Shown here one piece after another: positions 1 through 7,443 of a DNA stretch of 24,000 nucleotides. Both the position numbers and the translations under genes were made by a program. Numbering within the stretch: position 1 is the stretch's first letter; every line of letters starts with the position of its first letter. Below the pieces are notes generated by a model, which did no database searches, was not told where the DNA came from, and saw only the letters and a program-made list of their open reading frames with translations. The DNA is from Nanobdellota archaeon (GTDB lineage: Archaea; Nanobdellota; Nanobdellia; Woesearchaeales; JAHWHD01). The DNA is taken from NCBI GenBank assembly GCA_034722435.1, contig JAYENX010000024.1, forward strand, positions 17,494 to 41,493. The letters are read 5' to 3'.

Positions 1-303
1 CTCTGATGATATTTTACTACAACAAATGTTTTTTTTCAGCTCATGATATTCAAGAGTTGGTATTTTTGTTAATTCATCACATCCTCTAAAAAACGATCCA
101 ATGTTAACTACACTCATAATCGCATGAAGTGTCTGCATTTTTTCTATTACGACCATACAAACATTTGCAGGACCCATAAATGCTACTCTTTTTTTCTTAT
201 TGAAATATTCAATTATTTTGTCTGTTTCGTTTTTGTATTCTGTATTGCTACAATCGCTAGTCCCTGAACTAAGTGATTCTGCAAATTCAATTATTACCTT
301 CAT
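1..303 (-). CDS. Hypothetical protein, N-terminal 101 codons only (C-terminus lies beyond window start)
   Basis: My manual reverse-complement translation from ATG 303..301 is open all the way to position 1 (MKVIIEFAESLSSGTSDCSNTEYKNETDKIIEYFNKKKRVAFMGPANVCMVVIEKMQTLHAIMSVVNIWIVFRGCDELTKIPTLEYHELKKNICCSKISSE). Its ATG overlaps the TGA of the upstream gene (ATGA at 300-303). It is absent from the ORF track because no stop lies in the window. Confidence 0.5.
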   Translation of the reverse strand, partial: MKVIIEFAESLSSGTSDCSNTEYKNETDKIIEYFNKKKRVAFMGPANVCMVVIEKMQTLHAIMSVVNIGSFFRGCDELTKIPTLEYHELKKNICCSKISSE

Positions 304-866
304 TTCATTTGCTGTGATAACATCATCGTTTTCGCCCATTGTTCCATCTCCTGTAATTTCTCAATCTCTTTGTCGCTCCATATTGTAAGAACGTTTTTGT
401 ATTCTTCACAAACTGCTTTATAGATTTTGTTTGCTTTGATGCTGTCTCTATCGTATCCGAAATTATCACAAAAATCTTTAAATGTTTCTGGGTCATATTT
501 TTGTAGACATGTCAAAACGTCGTAAGCTGTTGGCTCTTTTGGTTCTTCTATTTTTATACCACTCAGTGTTTCGAATTGAGCCTTAACCTTTTTTTTAACG
601 TCTTTTAGTGTCATTGGTAAAGTCGCATAATAATTTCCACCATGTAGCCTATTGTTAGACGATGTTTTTACCTTATAGCCACTACCATCAATAGATCTCC
701 CAAACATAACAAAAAAAGAACGTTCACCACGTGTAAATGTTACTTTATAGATATCTCGCTCCTCTTCATCATCTACAAAGTGCTTTCCATGTTTGACAAA
801 TTCCGTTGTAAATGTTGTCTGAGTATCTGCTAAAAATTGTTCTGCCTGCTTTTCGTAATCATCCAT
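300..866 (-). CDS. Hypothetical soluble protein (188 aa)
   Basis: Track ORF. AGGAG lies 9-13 nt upstream of the ATG and the stop overlaps the next ATG. The composition is K/E/D-rich and non-hydrophobic. I cannot name a family with confidence. Confidence 0.75.
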   Translation of the reverse strand: MDDYEKQAEQFLADTQTTFTTEFVKHGKHFVDDEEERDIYKVTFTRGERSFFVMFGRSIDGSGYKVKTSSNNRLHGGNYYATLPMTLKDVKKKVKAQFETLSGIKIEEPKEPTAYDVLTCLQKYDPETFKDFCDNFGYDRDSIKANKIYKAVCEEYKNVLTIWSDKEIEKLQEMEQWAKTMMLSQQMK

Positions 867-867
867 C

Positions 868-996
868 TCAATACACTCTCCTTGTAAAAATTGCTCTAGC
901 TAATCTAACGCTATCGTTTGAATATTCCTGCTGTCTTAATTCACGTTGCCATCTATCAAATTGCTTAATGCTCATCTCGATTTTCTTCATATTCAT
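868..996 (-). CDS. Small hypothetical protein (42 aa, MNMKKIEMSIKQFDRWQRELRQQEYSNDSVRLARAIFTRRVY)
   Basis: Manually translated and below the track size cutoff. GAGGTG lies 5 nt upstream of the ATG at 996, and the TGA (868-870) ends 1 nt before the ATG of the next gene (866). It sits in otherwise unexplained intergenic space within an operon. Confidence 0.35.
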   Translation of the reverse strand: MNMKKIEMSIKQFDRWQRELRQQEYSNDSVRLARAIFTRRVY

Positions 997-1010
997 TTGT
1001 ACACCTCTTC

Positions 1011-1026
1011 GTCGTTACGTAACGAC
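1011..1026. promoter_or_regulatory. Perfect 16-bp palindrome GTCGTTACGTAACGAC between a promoter-like motif and the SD of the 42-aa ORF
   Basis: Read directly: GTCGTTAC and its exact reverse complement GTAACGAC abut. It lies in the presumed 5' leader of the 996->1 operon. Confidence 0.4.
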
Positions 1027-1048
1027 TTACGTTTTTAGTTGTGTCTAT

Positions 1049-1068
1049 TGTTTAAATATATTTAGACA
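1049..1068. promoter_or_regulatory. Copy 1 of a 20-bp quasi-palindromic AT-rich motif (TGTTTAAATATATTTAGACA); candidate operator/TATA element
   Basis: Matches the copies at 2153-2172 and 3253-3272 at 18/20 in either orientation. It is intergenic, upstream of the 996->1 operon. Confidence 0.5.
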
Positions 1069-1102
1069 ATGGAATATATATTCTAAAGTATATAGAACTA
1101 GC

Positions 1103-1510
1103 CTAATTTTGCCTAATATAGTGATGTATGCTTATACTGCGCACTTCTGTGCCTTCTTTCTGCATCCATCTGTGTGACTTGTCTCGAAAATCTATTAGAG
1201 ATATCCTGTACATTTTTCCATCCCTAAACATCGTATAGATATACTCTACACCATGCCTGATAAACTCCTTGAGATGTTCACAATTTATGCTGTCGCCAAC
1301 TCCCTTCTCCCCTATAGCTCTAAATTTATATCCAAAATTAAAGAAAGGCTCAGTCTTTAGAAGTATTGCAATTGCATTAGATCCCTTTGCTATTGCATAC
1401 CTTCCCCTGTTCGTATAGATTATTGAATTATAAGTAATTCCTTTCTTTACTAAGAACATTAGAACTTGCCGCACTGCTTCATCTTCAAACAGAATGTTTT
1501 TTTGTAACAT
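1103..1510 (-). CDS. Hypothetical protein (135 aa)
   Basis: Track ORF with an ATG start and AAGGTAGG 8-10 nt upstream. The composition is soluble. No motif recognised. Confidence 0.7.
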   Translation of the reverse strand: MLQKNILFEDEAVRQVLMFLVKKGITYNSIIYTNRGRYAIAKGSNAIAILLKTEPFFNFGYKFRAIGEKGVGDSINCEHLKEFIRHGVEYIYTMFRDGKMYRISLIDFRDKSHRWMQKEGTEVRSISIHHYIRQN

Positions 1511-1581
1511 TATTCAAACCTACCTTTATGTGATAATTCTCTACTGTCAACTCATCGACTACTTCCGTTACCTCATGAAAT

Positions 1582-1875
1582 TCAACTAATTTCATCTGTT
1601 TTTTCTGTGTCATTCTTTTGTGATACGATAATTTTATGCTCTGGCAATTCTCCATCTTCGTTGTAGTACTCTTCAAAGTATGATTCTCTAAAATGTAATT
1701 CAATGATGTCATCTACATCTTTACTATTCAAACCCTTAAAGAAATCAACAACTTCTTTGTGCCAATCTTTTGCGAAAGTGACTCCCTCTTCTTCTGTTGG
1801 CTTTTTCTCTCCATCAAGAACTGATATTTCAAATTTATCTGGCGTTTCTATCTCAATTGTTAATTTTGTTTTCAT
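1582..1875 (-). CDS. Hypothetical acidic protein (97 aa)
   Basis: Track ORF with an ATG start. It is E/D-rich, and an AT-rich TATA-like run (TAATATATATAA) lies 14-26 nt upstream. Confidence 0.65.
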   Translation of the reverse strand: MKTKLTIEIETPDKFEISVLDGEKKPTEEEGVTFAKDWHKEVVDFFKGLNSKDVDDIIELHFRESYFEEYYNEDGELPEHKIIVSQKNDTEKTDEIS

Positions 1876-1914
1876 TAGTATCTTCTCTATTATATATATT
1901 AGAGTACAAGTATG

Positions 1915-1953
1915 AAAACTATAGGGGAAAAAGAGGTGTCTAAACCCCTATAG
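1915..1953 (-). terminator. Hairpin (9-bp perfect stem CTATAGGGG/CCCCTATAG, 17-nt loop) followed by TTTT on the minus strand
   Basis: Read directly. The 5' arm contains the TAG stop (1948-1950) of the upstream small ORF. It sits between the wHTH-protein unit and the next promoter-like AT run. Confidence 0.4.
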
Positions 1954-2097
1954 TATCATATTAAGTACATTGTATGAATCCATCATCGCAGGATGTGCAG
2001 CCCTCTCAAAATTTACAATTACTAATGTTATGGTCTCAACATCAGGCAGGTTAATGAGAAATCCGTCATTACTATATGTTATCACTTTGGCGCTCAT
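1948..2097 (-). CDS. Small hypothetical protein (49 aa from internal ATG; MSAKVITYSNDG...)
   Basis: The track ORF 1948..2208 would read through the conserved 20-bp intergenic motif and overlap the upstream gene by 26 nt. I therefore trimmed it to the first ATG downstream of the motif (2097). A TTG at 2136 is an alternative start. Confidence 0.3.
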   Translation of the reverse strand: MSAKVITYSNDGFLINLPDVETITLVIVNFERAAHPAMMDSYNVLNMIL

Positions 2098-2152
2098 ATG
2101 TGTCGTATTGTTTTCTGCACTTTCATTAGTAATCAATTTGACTCTTTTTCTC

Positions 2153-2172
2153 TGCTTAAATATATTTAAACA
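2153..2172. promoter_or_regulatory. Copy 2 of the 20-bp quasi-palindromic motif (TGCTTAAATATATTTAAACA)
   Basis: The extended match CTCTGCTTAAATAT-TTTAAACATT (2150-2175) is shared with 3250-3275. It lies immediately downstream of the stop of the wHTH gene. Confidence 0.5.
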
Positions 2173-2182
2173 TTTATCTACT

Positions 2183-3238
2183 CTAAAAGATATAATCGGG
2201 TATGTCATTTTGAATTTTCTCTTCTGGATTAATCGTTTCTTTCTTCATCAAATCAACCACACTCTTTAATCCTGCTGCTGTTTCATAATTTATTTTTGTA
2301 CTCTCTTTATTTTGTTGAATAATTGTTGCAACTATATGCATGATATCACTCAATGATATCCTCTCTTTATGAGTAAAAAAATCTTCGTGCTTGTTTATCA
2401 TGTTCTCGTATCTACCATCTTTTAGAGTATGCAAGAAATATTTTGCTCGATCTGTATCATCAAATCCTTTTTCGGGATGAACCGCTTCTAATTCAGCAAC
2501 TCCCTTACTCCAATCAAATAAATATCTAGGCTTCCCATCTTCTTCATCATGTACCACTAAATAGTTAATACCTTGTTTTTTGTATTCTTGTACAATTCCA
2601 TTGTGCATTATAGCAATGTGCATGTTCCTTATGTCGAAATTTACCCTGTCATGCTTGAATAAATTGACCTTAAATCTATTTTCCCACTTCTGGACAGTAT
2701 TTTGTATCTCTTGATATAACTTTGATCCTATATCCATTATATCGCTTCCTGTGATTTCCCAACCTTCTGGAAATTTGAAATAGACATGCTCTCTGGTAAT
2801 TAGTCCCGTGACAAGATAATCCATATACAACCCTGCTCTATTTTCTCTCACATTATAAAATTCCCTTTTCTTTAGAACTGTAGCTTTTATCATTCTATGG
2901 ATGTCAGAATTTACATTTAATCTTATTTCCAAAAGGTGCAATCTGCAATGATCTTTCAAGTTGTCATTTTGATGACTTTGACCGACCCCCCTTACGTTTT
3001 TGATGACTTTGTATACGCCTCGATCTATCCTTTCAAGATATCCTTTTTCTATTAATCTTTTTAAATCCCTAGCGACGAGCCTCTTGTCTCTACCCGTCTT
3101 TTTTACTACGTAAGAAATAAGAGGATACACCATAAGGTGTTGTAGCGTGGCTTTCAATATAGGTGGCAAGTCATCACGTTTTTTTGATGACTTTGATGAC
3201 TTTAACATATTTACTTTTTGCACCCTTTTTTTCCGCAT
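2183..3238 (-). CDS. Winged-helix DNA-binding protein, 351 aa; possible replication initiator or master regulator (function inferred)
   Basis: Track ORF with a basic N-terminus. It has a wHTH-like segment LISYVVKKTGRDKRLVARDLKRLIEKGYLERIDRGVYKV, and the remaining ~250 aa are unassigned. The gene is bracketed on both sides by the 20-bp palindromic motif. Confidence 0.85.
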   Translation of the reverse strand: MRKKRVQKVNMLKSSKSSKKRDDLPPILKATLQHLMVYPLISYVVKKTGRDKRLVARDLKRLIEKGYLERIDRGVYKVIKNVRGVGQSHQNDNLKDHCRLHLLEIRLNVNSDIHRMIKATVLKKREFYNVRENRAGLYMDYLVTGLITREHVYFKFPEGWEITGSDIMDIGSKLYQEIQNTVQKWENRFKVNLFKHDRVNFDIRNMHIAIMHNGIVQEYKKQGINYLVVHDEEDGKPRYLFDWSKGVAELEAVHPEKGFDDTDRAKYFLHTLKDGRYENMINKHEDFFTHKERISLSDIMHIVATIIQQNKESTKINYETAAGLKSVVDLMKKETINPEEKIQNDIPDYIF

Positions 3239-3252
3239 GAGTGTGTTTCCTC

Positions 3253-3272
3253 TGCTTAAATATTTTTAAACA
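3253..3272. promoter_or_regulatory. Copy 3 of the 20-bp quasi-palindromic motif (TGCTTAAATATTTTTAAACA), in the divergent promoter region
   Basis: On the minus strand it reads TGTTTAAAAATATTTAAGCA. Its TTTAAAAA part ends 24 nt upstream of the ATG at 3238. Confidence 0.5.
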
Positions 3273-3310
3273 TTGTTGTTTACAATCATACCTATTTTGT
3301 TATCTAAACA

Positions 3311-3318
3311 TTTTTAAG
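3311..3318 (+). promoter_or_regulatory. TATA-like octamer TTTTTAAG, 23 nt upstream of the ATG at 3342
   Basis: Same geometry as six other first-gene starts in this window. There is no SD between it and the ATG. Confidence 0.4.
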
Positions 3319-3341
3319 TAATAGCTTTAATACAATGCAAA

Positions 3342-3605
3342 ATGGTAATTAAAATAACAATTCCAAAGCTTGTAAAAATACTACAAGATCGGAATAAAGA
3401 TAAATCTGGTACATACAAAATAAGTAAGTACACTGTCAAAATCATTAAAGATGGTGTGACCATTAATGAGCGTGTTATGAATCTATACAATATTAGAAAG
3501 TCACAAGGATTATGTGTTACTTGTGGCACACCTGTTAAAAAGAAGAATCCTAAAACCGGAAAAAAGTACACTAGATGTAAAAATCATAGGACGTGGGAAA
3601 ATTGA
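3342..3605 (+). CDS. Small basic protein (87 aa) with C-terminal CxxC...CxxH zinc-ribbon-like motif
   Basis: The track ORF is K-rich, whereas the competing minus ORF 3314..3571 is F/L/I-rich antisense-type sequence. The motif is CVTCGTPV...TRCKNH. It is divergent from the wHTH gene. Confidence 0.6.
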   Translation: MVIKITIPKLVKILQDRNKDKSGTYKISKYTVKIIKDGVTINERVMNLYNIRKSQGLCVTCGTPVKKKNPKTGKKYTRCKNHRTWEN

Positions 3606-3666
3606 AGATATTTGAAAAAATAGCTAGATATTTTTGGGATAGACCACCACGTGGAAGATATGGTTT

Positions 3667-5322
3667 TTAGCGTTTCTTTTTCTTATTTTTCATCATGTAG
3701 TTAACAGATAATCCAATCACTACAAGCACAAATACTATAAATCCAATGAAGAACGGTGTTATCTTAAAATTTGTATTTGGAATCTCATAGATATCTGTGT
3801 TAAGATACGACACAAATTGCTGCAATATATTTTCTCTTATGTTTACTGTAATTTCATATAATTGCACATTCCCATCTACAGCTACAGAAATGTATCCTAA
3901 ATACTCGCCAACTGCAATCTCACTAGGAACTCTTACTTGAGGTCTCACATATTTTACATTCTCAGTCAATCCACCAGATGATGGTACAGTTACAATTATC
4001 TCTTTAAAATCATCAAAATATATCCAATCATACACTTCTGGATTCTCTACGCTTTTAACCACACTTACTTTTGGTTGTATTGTTTCTGTTTCCTCATTAA
4101 TTATCTTGAACTCAATATCATATATCTGTCCGGGTTGGACATTTATTTTCTTAAATCTTGGATCTATCCTATATGTTATGTTATCCATAGATTCAACTGG
4201 GTAATCATCTCCTCCACCGCCACCGCCACCTGTTGCTGGCGTGGTTCTTGTTTGTACATTCATGCTTTTAGTTACATTACTTTGTTTACCAAAAGAATCT
4301 TCATATGTTATATTTACATCATATTGACCAATTGCTGATGGATACCATGTAAGCGTTTTAAAATAACATTTATTTTTGTCGTATTCTGTAACATATGTCC
4401 ATGTAGAATCACTCATTGCTAAGACTCCGCTAGCACCGTTATATATCTTGATTGAATGAATAGATGTAATATCACATCCATCTTCTGAAATATCAACGTA
4501 CAAATAACAAGATGTATCTCTCTGACAGCTATTTGGTGCTCCATTCCTGAATGATTCGATTCCTGTTATATTTGGATCAACATTTTTAGCTTGCAAAGTT
4601 CCGGTGTATGTTGTGTACCCCAAGTTGTTATCATACAAGATAATTTCGTAGTTATTCACAGTGTAATCATTGAGTGTAAATGGTAATAGCATATCAGAGC
4701 CGGAGTACGTATGTACAGAACTCTCTATGCTATCACCAGATGAATTTGTTATGTCAAAATGTACTTCTTTTATTCCGGGAGTACTATTGAAGTTACTTAG
4801 AATTAGATACATTTCATCTCTCACTTGCCCTGTAATATTTGTAAAATTAGTGTAGAATATATCTTGATTGTCTTTAAGAGTAATGTTTGCTGTTGGCGCA
4901 ATGTTTGTAAAAAAATTTAGTATGTTGTATTGACTTGTAGCATTAATTGAGAAATTTCCATCAGTATTTCCTTCTATTATGCTTCCGTTGTATTGCACAA
5001 CGTAATTATTTGGAATACCACTCATTGTAAAGTTTAATTCAATATTTGATTCTGCTCTTACTGAATAATTTTTTTGATAATCGTTATTTACCATTATCGT
5101 TGTATTTACTCCCGGTACTTCTTTGTATGCAAATGTCCAATTTCTTAGCGTTATACTCTCGGGATAAACAGTAACGTTAACCAAATCTTGTGTAGAATTT
5201 ACAAACATTGTCATATTTATCGATGATGCATGTATATCAACCGTAGTGTTATATATTGCAGCTTGAGCATATACAATACAAATAAATAATGTCAATATCC
5301 ACAATAGTGATTTTTTAATCAT
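3667..5322 (-). CDS. Type-I membrane glycoprotein-like protein, 551 aa (signal peptide, sequon-rich ectodomain, Gly7 hinge, C-terminal TM anchor)
   Basis: The N-terminus MIKKSLLWILTLFICIVYAQA/A looks like a Sec signal. I counted 20 N-x-S/T sequons, 16 of them in the first ~195 residues. GGGGGGG is encoded at 4210-4230. The C-terminus is ITPFFIGFIVFVLVVIGLSV followed by the basic tail KNKKKKR. Confidence 0.9.
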   Translation of the reverse strand: MIKKSLLWILTLFICIVYAQAAIYNTTVDIHASSINMTMFVNSTQDLVNVTVYPESITLRNWTFAYKEVPGVNTTIMVNNDYQKNYSVRAESNIELNFTMSGIPNNYVVQYNGSIIEGNTDGNFSINATSQYNILNFFTNIAPTANITLKDNQDIFYTNFTNITGQVRDEMYLILSNFNSTPGIKEVHFDITNSSGDSIESSVHTYSGSDMLLPFTLNDYTVNNYEIILYDNNLGYTTYTGTLQAKNVDPNITGIESFRNGAPNSCQRDTSCYLYVDISEDGCDITSIHSIKIYNGASGVLAMSDSTWTYVTEYDKNKCYFKTLTWYPSAIGQYDVNITYEDSFGKQSNVTKSMNVQTRTTPATGGGGGGGDDYPVESMDNITYRIDPRFKKINVQPGQIYDIEFKIINEETETIQPKVSVVKSVENPEVYDWIYFDDFKEIIVTVPSSGGLTENVKYVRPQVRVPSEIAVGEYLGYISVAVDGNVQLYEITVNIRENILQQFVSYLNTDIYEIPNTNFKITPFFIGFIVFVLVVIGLSVNYMMKNKKKKR

Positions 5323-5521
5323 GTAAACGTCTCATTCTTGATAATTTATTACTAAATGCCTTTCGTAATGCTTTTTCATTTATGTAAACTAATTGAGATA
5401 TTTCATCATATTCATCCCCATACTTTTCGTACTCAGTCAAAATAAAACCTATATCTTTTTCCCATCTTCCAATTAACATAAATGGTTCCATTTCTTCTTT
5501 TCTTATTAATATTGAATTCAT
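5315..5521 (-). CDS. Small soluble hypothetical protein (68 aa)
   Basis: Track ORF. AAGGAG lies ~10 nt upstream and there is an 8-nt overlap (ATGATTAA) with the downstream gene. It is the only non-exported product in the operon. Confidence 0.6.
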   Translation of the reverse strand: MNSILIRKEEMEPFMLIGRWEKDIGFILTEYEKYGDEYDEISQLVYINEKALRKAFSNKLSRMRRLHD

Positions 5522-5590
5522 TTCCTTTTTCTCCTTGTTCTTTTTTGAAAATCTTATACTTTAGTGTTATTTGTTTTGGTAAATTTATCT

Positions 5591-7438
5591 TTAAGTCTGT
5601 GCCCCAACCACTGATCCATCAGTGTCAGATGTAGGTACACTATTTTTTATTCTTAAATCGCCTGTTGAATCTATCCAAATGTGATAATTCCCAAGTATTA
5701 GTGTTACATTTTCATTTACACTATCTTCTCTCCTAACTCTAAACTTGTTTGTCCCATCATGAAGTATAGCTATACTATTTTGCACATCTGCTACTTTTTG
5801 GTCAATAACAATTGCTGGTTTTGTTGTTGATTCTGAATCAATATATAATGAATTTCCATTCCCATTCTGGTCAATGAATATTCCGCTACCTGTGCCATCT
5901 TGTTGAATCTTTAAAGCATTTTGATCGTCACCAGAGTTATCATTAACTACATTCATTAAAGCTCCCGCTGTGTTCGTACTATCCAAATCTCTATAAAATA
6001 AATTAGTTCCATCTGAACTTGTTTGATCACGATTTAATCTTACCACTTCTGCATTTCCATTTCTTGCAAGAATCATCATAGTATTTGTAGAGTCTGAATT
6101 TTCAATAGAAAATGTTGTGCCACCAACTTCTTCTGAGTCAATACGCAATGCGGTGCCATTCCCATTTTGGTCAAGAAATATTCCATCACCTGTACCATCT
6201 TGCTTTACTCCGAGTGCATTGCCTGTAGCGCCAGTATTATCTACTGAAATGCCAACTAATCCGTCAATTCCTGCACCTGTAAACGATCCACTTGCACTAT
6301 CAGAATAAAATGTTGCTGCATTACCCGTTGTTAATGAATTTCCTTGAATTACCAATCCACCCGATTTATAAAATGAATCACCAGTTGTTGCATCGGTGTC
6401 AATATATACCGATTTGTCATTTTCGTCAGGATAAATTGATATTGGATTATCAAATACATACTTACCCGCACCACTATATGTCATAATGTCAGATGTTGAA
6501 TTGTATGTCATCTCAGCAACTCCTGTCAATAATTCACCATTTGCTTGATTAACTGTCGATATTAATGCTACTGATGCTTGATCACTTTCTTTATCTGTAA
6601 TTGCGAAAGTTCCCTCAAACAGTGCAAATCTATTTGGTATAATTGGCGACTTGTCGTCTGAATCGAAACTGAGCATTGGATATTCATAATAATTATTATC
6701 TGCACCACCAGTTATCAATGAAAAATTAATTGGCATTGTTGTAATATTGATTAATCCTGTATTATCAATGTAAACATCTCCATCAACTTCAAGTTTTGCT
6801 GCTGCTATTCCTGTTCCTATCTTAACATTTCCTGATGGCATAATCCTCATTGCTTGAGTGCCATTTATGTGCATTATATACTTTGCTGCATGCATCCATA
6901 GATTATTATAAGGCACATCATCAGTTGGATCTCTGAAAAATAATGAAAATACATTATTATTTGAATTAAATCCACCACCCATTGCACCATCATAAGTCCC
7001 TCGTTGCTCTCCCAACCAGAATCCATCACCAGATGTTTTTCTTACATGCAATGGAGCTAGAGGGTTATCAGTTCCTATTCCTACCCATCCGCTAGGCGTT
7101 ATTTTCATTATTTGATCCGATGTAGAATTGTAGAATCTGTATCGATTTGCATAAAATTGCATTTCCTTCATTGTATTATCAATATCCCTTGACATAATAG
7201 CAGCAACACCATTATTTTGATTTAGTGCTATTGCAAGTCCGGCAGGGGTTGTTCCGTTTGCAAAGAACCCAATATTTGTTTTTGAGTCATAAGCTGTAGT
7301 GTATAGCTTATATTCTGTGTTTCCTTCTATCTTTGATCCTATTCCTATTTCAGAATCTCCAATATATGTATAAGCTGTTACACTTAAACATGCAAGTATC
7401 GTTATAATTAGTATCATTGCTGCTTTTGTAATTTTCAT
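5591..7438 (-). CDS. Tail-fibre-like / receptor-binding-type secreted protein, 615 aa
   Basis: It has a signal peptide (MKITKAAMILIITILACLSVTA). It carries two copies of the fibre-type motif PSG[NW]V[GK]IGT...L[HE]V (residues ~115-134 and ~201-224). It also has two copies of QDGTGxGIFxDQNGNGxxLxIDSE. The C-terminus is WIDSTGDLRIKNSVPTSDTDGSVVGAQT. From memory these motifs recur in phage and archaeal-virus fibre proteins. Confidence 0.9.
   Translation of the reverse strand: MKITKAAMILIITILACLSVTAYTYIGDSEIGIGSKIEGNTEYKLYTTAYDSKTNIGFFANGTTPAGLAIALNQNNGVAAIMSRDIDNTMKEMQFYANRYRFYNSTSDQIMKITPSGWVGIGTDNPLAPLHVRKTSGDGFWLGEQRGTYDGAMGGGFNSNNNVFSLFFRDPTDDVPYNNLWMHAAKYIMHINGTQAMRIMPSGNVKIGTGIAAAKLEVDGDVYIDNTGLINITTMPINFSLITGGADNNYYEYPMLSFDSDDKSPIIPNRFALFEGTFAITDKESDQASVALISTVNQANGELLTGVAEMTYNSTSDIMTYSGAGKYVFDNPISIYPDENDKSVYIDTDATTGDSFYKSGGLVIQGNSLTTGNAATFYSDSASGSFTGAGIDGLVGISVDNTGATGNALGVKQDGTGDGIFLDQNGNGTALRIDSEEVGGTTFSIENSDSTNTMMILARNGNAEVVRLNRDQTSSDGTNLFYRDLDSTNTAGALMNVVNDNSGDDQNALKIQQDGTGSGIFIDQNGNGNSLYIDSESTTKPAIVIDQKVADVQNSIAILHDGTNKFRVRREDSVNENVTLILGNYHIWIDSTGDLRIKNSVPTSDTDGSVVGAQT
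5831..6217 (-). repeat. Internal duplication in the fibre-like gene (units at 5831-5920 and 6128-6217)
   Basis: The protein units ALGVKQDGTGDGIFLDQNGNGTALRIDSEE and ALKIQQDGTGSGIFIDQNGNGNSLYIDSES lie ~100 aa apart. The similarity is also visible at DNA level (ccattcccatt.tggtcaa..aatattcc...cctgt.ccatcttg). Confidence 0.8.
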
Positions 7439-7443
7439 TGTTG

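Noticed and set aside
3314-3571. Minus-strand 85-aa ORF overlapping the plus-strand 87-aa gene
   Set aside because: Its hydrophobic F/L-rich composition is typical of the antisense of a Lys-rich gene. The plus ORF has a CxxC...CxxH motif and a TATA-like box at the standard distance.
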